Shown here one piece after another: positions 6,354-10,110 of a stretch of 10,110 nucleotides of DNA. Within the stretch, counting starts at the first letter, position 1. The number at the start of each line of letters is the position of its first letter. The notes beneath the pieces are model-generated. The model saw only the letters and a list, made by a program, of their open reading frames with translations. It had not been told where the DNA came from and did not search any database. The translations under genes and the position numbers were made by a program. Origin of the DNA: Calditrichia bacterium (GTDB lineage Bacteria > Calditrichota > Calditrichia > RBG-13-44-9); NCBI GenBank assembly GCA_037381445.1, contig JARRQT010000192.1:1-10110 (forward strand). The letters are read 5' to 3'.

Positions 6354-7609
6354 ATCAGGGACAGATCCCTGCGGAAGGAAATCTGTTTTTCCCTCAATTT
6401 CTCTCGCATTTCAACCATATTCAGGGACAACCTGCGCCCAGTTTTCCACCAGTTGGTACATATTCCGCCCTTGCCATAGCTTTCCAGTGTGTCGACGGTT
6501 CTGTAATCCAGCGGCGTGGGGTTCGCCTCCTCAAGCTCGGTCCCGGACAGAGGGATGAAGTAATGAACATGGATCCGTGCCCCATATTGAACCGCCAGCC
6601 TTTTGATGAATATCAGCGATTCCCAGCGGTCATCCCGGTTCTCGCCGGGAAATCCGAAGATAAAATCCACCAGCGGTATGAGGCCCCTGCGATGCGTCAA
6701 TTCGCAGGCATTTTCGACATCCTCACAGGAATGCCCCCGGCGCATGGCGTGCAGCACCCGGTCGCTTCCAGACTGGGCCCCAATGGTCACTTTTTTATTG
6801 CTGCAATATTTGACGATCAAATCCACGAAGGCTTCACTGAAGGAATTGGGGCGGGCCTCGGAAGGGAAAATGCCGTATTCCAGGTGCTCCGTTCCGTTCA
6901 CCCTGCAATATTCAAGCATCTCGCGGACTGCATCGTAATTCAACTGGCGGGCGTTTCTCGCTCCGTATTCAAAAGCAGAGGGACAGACAAAATTGACCCT
7001 GCGGTGGTGATTTCGCTGTTTGAGCAGACTGTGATAAATCTTAACCGAATCCAGAGAGCGCTGGATGGCCTTCTGGCACGACGTCTGGCAAAATTTGCAG
7101 TTCCAGTTGCAGCCCCGGGTAATTTCCAACGGCGGCGAGGTCCTGACATGTCGGGATAACGGGAAATATTCATCGAGCGTCACCGCATCCGGGGCGTGGA
7201 GAAGAGCCGGACTATCCGGCAAATCACCTCTCAGGTAACTGCGAATAAATGCGCTGAAACCGGTTTCTGCAGGTCCGGCATAGGCATAATCGAATCCCAT
7301 CTTCAATGCAGATTCGGGATTTCCTGTAGCATGTGGTCCGCCTGCCAGCAGTATGAGTGAGGCGGGTGATTCCGCGCGTATCCATTCGACTTCCGTCATC
7401 ACCTGCGGCAAATGGGGCGTCATGAATGAATAAAGCAGGACACCTTCCGGTCCGGATTTCACGAACTGCTGAAGAGAATGAAAGCTGTCCAAAAAAATGA
7501 TCCGAAAATACCGGTCCAGTCCTTCTTTTTCCAGCAGGCTCAGCAGTAGGGGAAAGGTAAAGCGGTTTCCCTTCTGCAGGCGAATTGCTAAATATCTGAC
7601 GGGGGCCAT
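6347..7609 (-). CDS. B12-binding domain / radical SAM protein (resembles TIGR04013, MJ_1487 family)
   Basis: 420 aa. N-terminal B12-binding-like domain (LYSFMT, LAGGPHATG.P, GFDY..GPAE), EITRGCNWNCKFCQT (CxxxCxxC), FPSEARP, IGAQSGSDRVL..RGH, VDFIFGFPGE and ARIHVHYFIPLSGT. Its 3' end overlaps the lplA 3' end by 7 nt (convergent). Confidence 0.88.
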   Translation of the reverse strand: MAPVRYLAIRLQKGNRFTFPLLLSLLEKEGLDRYFRIIFLDSFHSLQQFVKSGPEGVLLYSFMTPHLPQVMTEVEWIRAESPASLILLAGGPHATGNPESALKMGFDYAYAGPAETGFSAFIRSYLRGDLPDSPALLHAPDAVTLDEYFPLSRHVRTSPPLEITRGCNWNCKFCQTSCQKAIQRSLDSVKIYHSLLKQRNHHRRVNFVCPSAFEYGARNARQLNYDAVREMLEYCRVNGTEHLEYGIFPSEARPNSFSEAFVDLIVKYCSNKKVTIGAQSGSDRVLHAMRRGHSCEDVENACELTHRRGLIPLVDFIFGFPGENRDDRWESLIFIKRLAVQYGARIHVHYFIPLSGTELEEANPTPLDYRTVDTLESYGKGGICTNWWKTGRRLSLNMVEMREKLREKQISFRRDLSLIQ

Positions 7610-7673
7610 GTTGAGTTCAAATACCTTCCAATGCTAAAATTTTTTTATCCGGCACGGCACATCGCGGCGTTTT

Positions 7674-8576
7674 TCAGTCCGCCGGCTCTAACTCCTGTTC
7701 TTTGACTGCCTTCACCGGACGATCCAGCAGCGCCATTACAATACCCGAAGCGATAAAAATCGCTCCCACATAGAACAGACCGTATGGCCGCTCTCCGAAA
7801 ATTGCAAAAGCCAGCAGGGAAGCAATGACAGGTTCTCCCAGAATGGAGAAATTTACTTTGTAAGCTTCCATTTTGCGGGCCGCCCAGTTGATAAGAGAGT
7901 GGCCGATCCCGGTGGGGATTAATGCCAGAAACAGCATCATGGCCTGGATCTTCAGGGGATATGCGAACAACGGCAGCCCAAAACCCAATATCAGCACAAA
8001 TAAGGTAATTGTCGCTCCGGAATAAACAGCGATAAGATACGGAATAAGGTTGATCTTTTCCCGCTGGTGACGGGCAATGAAAATGTAGAGGGTCACGAAC
8101 AGCGCGCTGGCGACTGCCAGCATATCGCCCAGGAAGCGTCCTCCTGCCAGACCCACATCCTGGGAGGCGATCACCATGATTCCCAGAAAAGTCAGTACAG
8201 CAGCGATCATCGCACGGATATTCCCGCGTTCTTTCAGCAATAAAGGAGATAAGATCAACGCGAAAACCGGGTGTGTGGATTCCAAAATCAGGGAATGCGC
8301 AATGGTGGTCATTTGAATGGAAGCGATCCAGGTGGCAAAGTGAAAAGCTAGTAAAATTCCTGCCAGCACGATAAATTTTTTGCTGGAATGTGACAACCCG
8401 GTGTATCTCAGCTCAAAGGGATTAACTTTCAGTTGGTAAATCAGCAGTATGACAGTGCTCCACAGCATACGATAAAAGGAGATCACCAAAGCCGGCGTGT
8501 CTCCGCACCATCGCACAAAAATCGAGGAAGAAGACACAGCCATCACGGCGATCAGTAATCCTGCATATCCGGGCAT
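7674..8576 (-). CDS. DMT superfamily (EamA-like) inner-membrane transporter
   Basis: 300 aa with about 10 hydrophobic segments and two-fold EamA architecture: AVSSSSIFVR, FYR, AG.LLA.HF..W..S...TT.A, GDMLA, LAL.PT..GHSL.NWA and LGEPV.AS.LA. SD GGAG at 8582-8585. Confidence 0.93.
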   Translation of the reverse strand: MPGYAGLLIAVMAVSSSSIFVRWCGDTPALVISFYRMLWSTVILLIYQLKVNPFELRYTGLSHSSKKFIVLAGILLAFHFATWIASIQMTTIAHSLILESTHPVFALILSPLLLKERGNIRAMIAAVLTFLGIMVIASQDVGLAGGRFLGDMLAVASALFVTLYIFIARHQREKINLIPYLIAVYSGATITLFVLILGFGLPLFAYPLKIQAMMLFLALIPTGIGHSLINWAARKMEAYKVNFSILGEPVIASLLAFAIFGERPYGLFYVGAIFIASGIVMALLDRPVKAVKEQELEPAD

Positions 8577-8590
8577 TTATTCTCCAAACC

Positions 8591-8619
8591 TTGACAATTC
8601 TTGTCCACTTCATTATTAT
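8591..8619 (+). promoter_or_regulatory. Near-consensus sigma70 promoter, probably driving the small ORF at 8784
   Basis: TTGACA (8591-8596), 17-nt spacer, TATTAT (8614-8619). Confidence 0.6.
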
Positions 8620-8628
8620 TAACCAGAA

Positions 8629-8657
8629 AATATATGTTTGATGTGTTCGGAAAACAA
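8629..8657 (-). promoter_or_regulatory. Putative sigma70 promoter for the DMT transporter (and possibly the radical SAM gene)
   Basis: On the minus strand: TTGTTT (8657-8652), 17-nt spacer, TATATT (8634-8629), about 50 nt upstream of the ATG at 8576. Confidence 0.35.
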
Positions 8658-8783
8658 CACAACATTTGTTTGGACATCCGCGAGAATTAAGATGATAAAC
8701 GGATAAGACGAAACAATTCATATGAACGGTTGATTTAACTGAAGTAGTTCAAAGAAGAAAAACAAATAATGAAGGAGAAAGAT

Positions 8784-8966
8784 ATGGACTTCAAAGATCT
8801 GGCGCTGGAATTCGTAAAAATCTACTATGCCTGCCATCCGCAGCAGCTGCCGGAAGACAAAGAAAAGGCGTTTCAGGAAATGAACAGTCTGCACGGAAAA
8901 TACAAAGCCCACCTGATTGACAAGGCCACCAGAAAGAGCGAAGACTTTTTCAGCGATAAATTCTGA
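8784..8966 (+). CDS. Small hypothetical protein (~60 aa, predicted helical)
   Basis: Strong SD AAGGAG (8772-8777) 6 nt before the ATG at 8784, which is preferred over the ORF-track start at 8769. Codon usage resembles neighbouring genes, with a promoter upstream and a hairpin downstream. Confidence 0.7.
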   Translation: MDFKDLALEFVKIYYACHPQQLPEDKEKAFQEMNSLHGKYKAHLIDKATRKSEDFFSDKF

Positions 8967-8979
8967 TTCTAAAAGGATT

Positions 8980-9016
8980 AAAAAAGGCTGATAATTTAAA
9001 ATTACCAGCCTTTCTC
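8980..9016. terminator. Intrinsic terminator between convergent genes, probably bidirectional
   Basis: Inverted repeat AAAGGCTGATAATTT / AAATTACCAGCCTTT (8983-9013). The one mismatch is a G-U pair on the minus strand. It is followed by a T6 run on the minus strand and TTTCTC on the plus strand. Confidence 0.7.
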
Positions 9017-9051
9017 ATTCAGACATTTCCGAATTTTTATAAAAATTACAC

Positions 9052-9795
9052 TTAATCTTCATCCTCAAAAGAGAACATTCCGAAGCGTCTTTCCTTTAAA
9101 GCGCGAATTCTTTCTTTGAAATAGCCCCGGTTATCCACCTGATCATACCATTTCACCCGCAAATATTGATTCCGCTCGAACCATTCATACTGAATTCCGC
9201 CACCGAATTCCTGACGGAACCGTTTGCCGATATCCAAAGCCAGCCGGGTTGTATTCGCGAAGATAAAAAGAATTCCCTTCTTTTCGACCACATCAATGAT
9301 TTTCTCAAAGGGCATGGCATCTTCCAAATCCCGTTCAATCTGTTTGGCCTGGGCAACAAATTCCTCTTTGCGGTCTGCCAGCTTCTTGTCATAAATTTCC
9401 ACACTGCCTACAAAATTCTCAAAGGTCTTGCCCACACACTTGGGACAATATGCCAGTTCCGTCCGCACCGTGAACATATCGGTAATATTATCCTTTACCC
9501 ATTTTTTATTTATATAAATCTTCCGGCATCTGGGACAAACATAAACTATCTTGGATTTGGGCAGAATGGAAGATTCTATCGCAGAAATGGCGACATCTTC
9601 GCCTTTAGCGAGTTTCTTTTCTATTTTTTCTAATTCGTCGATATCCTCATCTTCATTCTCTTCATCGTCCGAGACTTCCTCGTCTTCCGCTTCCTGGGAT
9701 TCTTCCTCCGTCTCTTCATCTTCTTCGAAATCATCATCCTCATATGGGAAAGCATCATCATTTTCGGTATCGTCAAATTTTTTGAAAAATGACAT
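9052..9795 (-). CDS. BCAM0308-family / NMD3-like zinc-finger protein with acidic N-terminal extension
   Basis: 247 aa. CPRC..IY...KW and CPKC...G.VEI, then P.EKII, LA..IG..F...FGG..Y.W and LRVKW, the pattern I recognise from BCAM0308-type proteins. SD AGGAGG at 9802-9807. Confidence 0.72.
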   Translation of the reverse strand: MSFFKKFDDTENDDAFPYEDDDFEEDEETEEESQEAEDEEVSDDEENEDEDIDELEKIEKKLAKGEDVAISAIESSILPKSKIVYVCPRCRKIYINKKWVKDNITDMFTVRTELAYCPKCVGKTFENFVGSVEIYDKKLADRKEEFVAQAKQIERDLEDAMPFEKIIDVVEKKGILFIFANTTRLALDIGKRFRQEFGGGIQYEWFERNQYLRVKWYDQVDNRGYFKERIRALKERRFGMFSFEDED

Positions 9796-9838
9796 ATATA
9801 TCCTCCTGGCGGTTAATAATCAAACCCATAAACTTTAA

Positions 9839-9867
9839 AATATAATGATCTGTTCCCCGCTTTTCAA
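9839..9867 (-). promoter_or_regulatory. Putative sigma70 promoter for the BCAM0308-like gene
   Basis: On the minus strand: TTGAAA (9867-9862), 17-nt spacer, TATATT (9844-9839). Confidence 0.55.
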
Positions 9868-10046
9868 TAAAAAACAAATCCTCCTTTTTGATAGATTTAT
9901 ATCGCAAAAGTTTCATATTTCCGCGTGAGATTGCCAGGTCCTCTCATAATCAAATCCCTTCAGGAGCGGGACAGAATCATATTCGGTTACGGGAATTTTT
10001 ATTTACCGCAAAATAAATTCAGACGGCAATTATGACGTAAAATCAC

Positions 10047-10110
10047 TTGATTTTTTCCGAATATCATGTAATTTATAATCAGAGGACCCAAAAAATCAGG
10101 AGAACAATAT
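10047..10110 (+). promoter_or_regulatory. Promoter-like elements and ribosome-binding site of a gene probably starting at the window edge
   Basis: TTGATT (10047-10052), TAATTT (10069-10074) and TATAAT (10074-10079). SD AGGAG (10098-10102) is followed after 6 nt by AT at 10109-10110, likely the first two bases of an ATG. Confidence 0.45.

Noticed and set aside
6347..7609. Radical SAM gene as lipoyl synthase (LipA)
   Set aside because: It has no CX4CX5C auxiliary-cluster motif and has a B12-binding-like N-terminal domain instead.
9628..9774. TCN-rich low-complexity tract as a DNA tandem repeat (and the Ser-rich plus-strand ORF 9551-9838)
   Set aside because: Fully explained by GAN codons of the Asp/Glu tract on the minus strand.

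Overview
Chromosomal core-metabolism region of a diderm (outer-membrane) bacterium; no mobile elements, RNA genes or CRISPR were recognised. In order: the 3' end of an Omp85/BamA-TamA-type beta-barrel gene (+); a right-handed beta-helix lipoprotein (-); and a three-gene minus-strand operon encoding a succinyl-CoA-synthetase-like beta subunit with a C-terminal 2x[4Fe-4S] ferredoxin domain, an alpha subunit, and a stand-alone citryl-CoA lyase. Then a divergent lipoate-protein ligase (+); a B12-binding radical SAM enzyme and an EamA/DMT transporter (-); a ~60-aa hypothetical protein (+); and a BCAM0308/NMD3-like zinc-finger protein with a long acidic N-terminal tail (-). The main point of interest is the operon at 1734-4945. 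It looks like a two-step ATP-dependent citrate (or related carboxylate) cleavage system, synthetase plus lyase, with ATP-citrate-lyase-like motifs and an unexpected fused ferredoxin. In this sequence the beta-subunit gene is interrupted at ~4702 by a frameshift that appears to be a deletion of roughly 20-25 codons, either a real lesion or an assembly error. All family assignments come from motif recognition by eye, not database searches.
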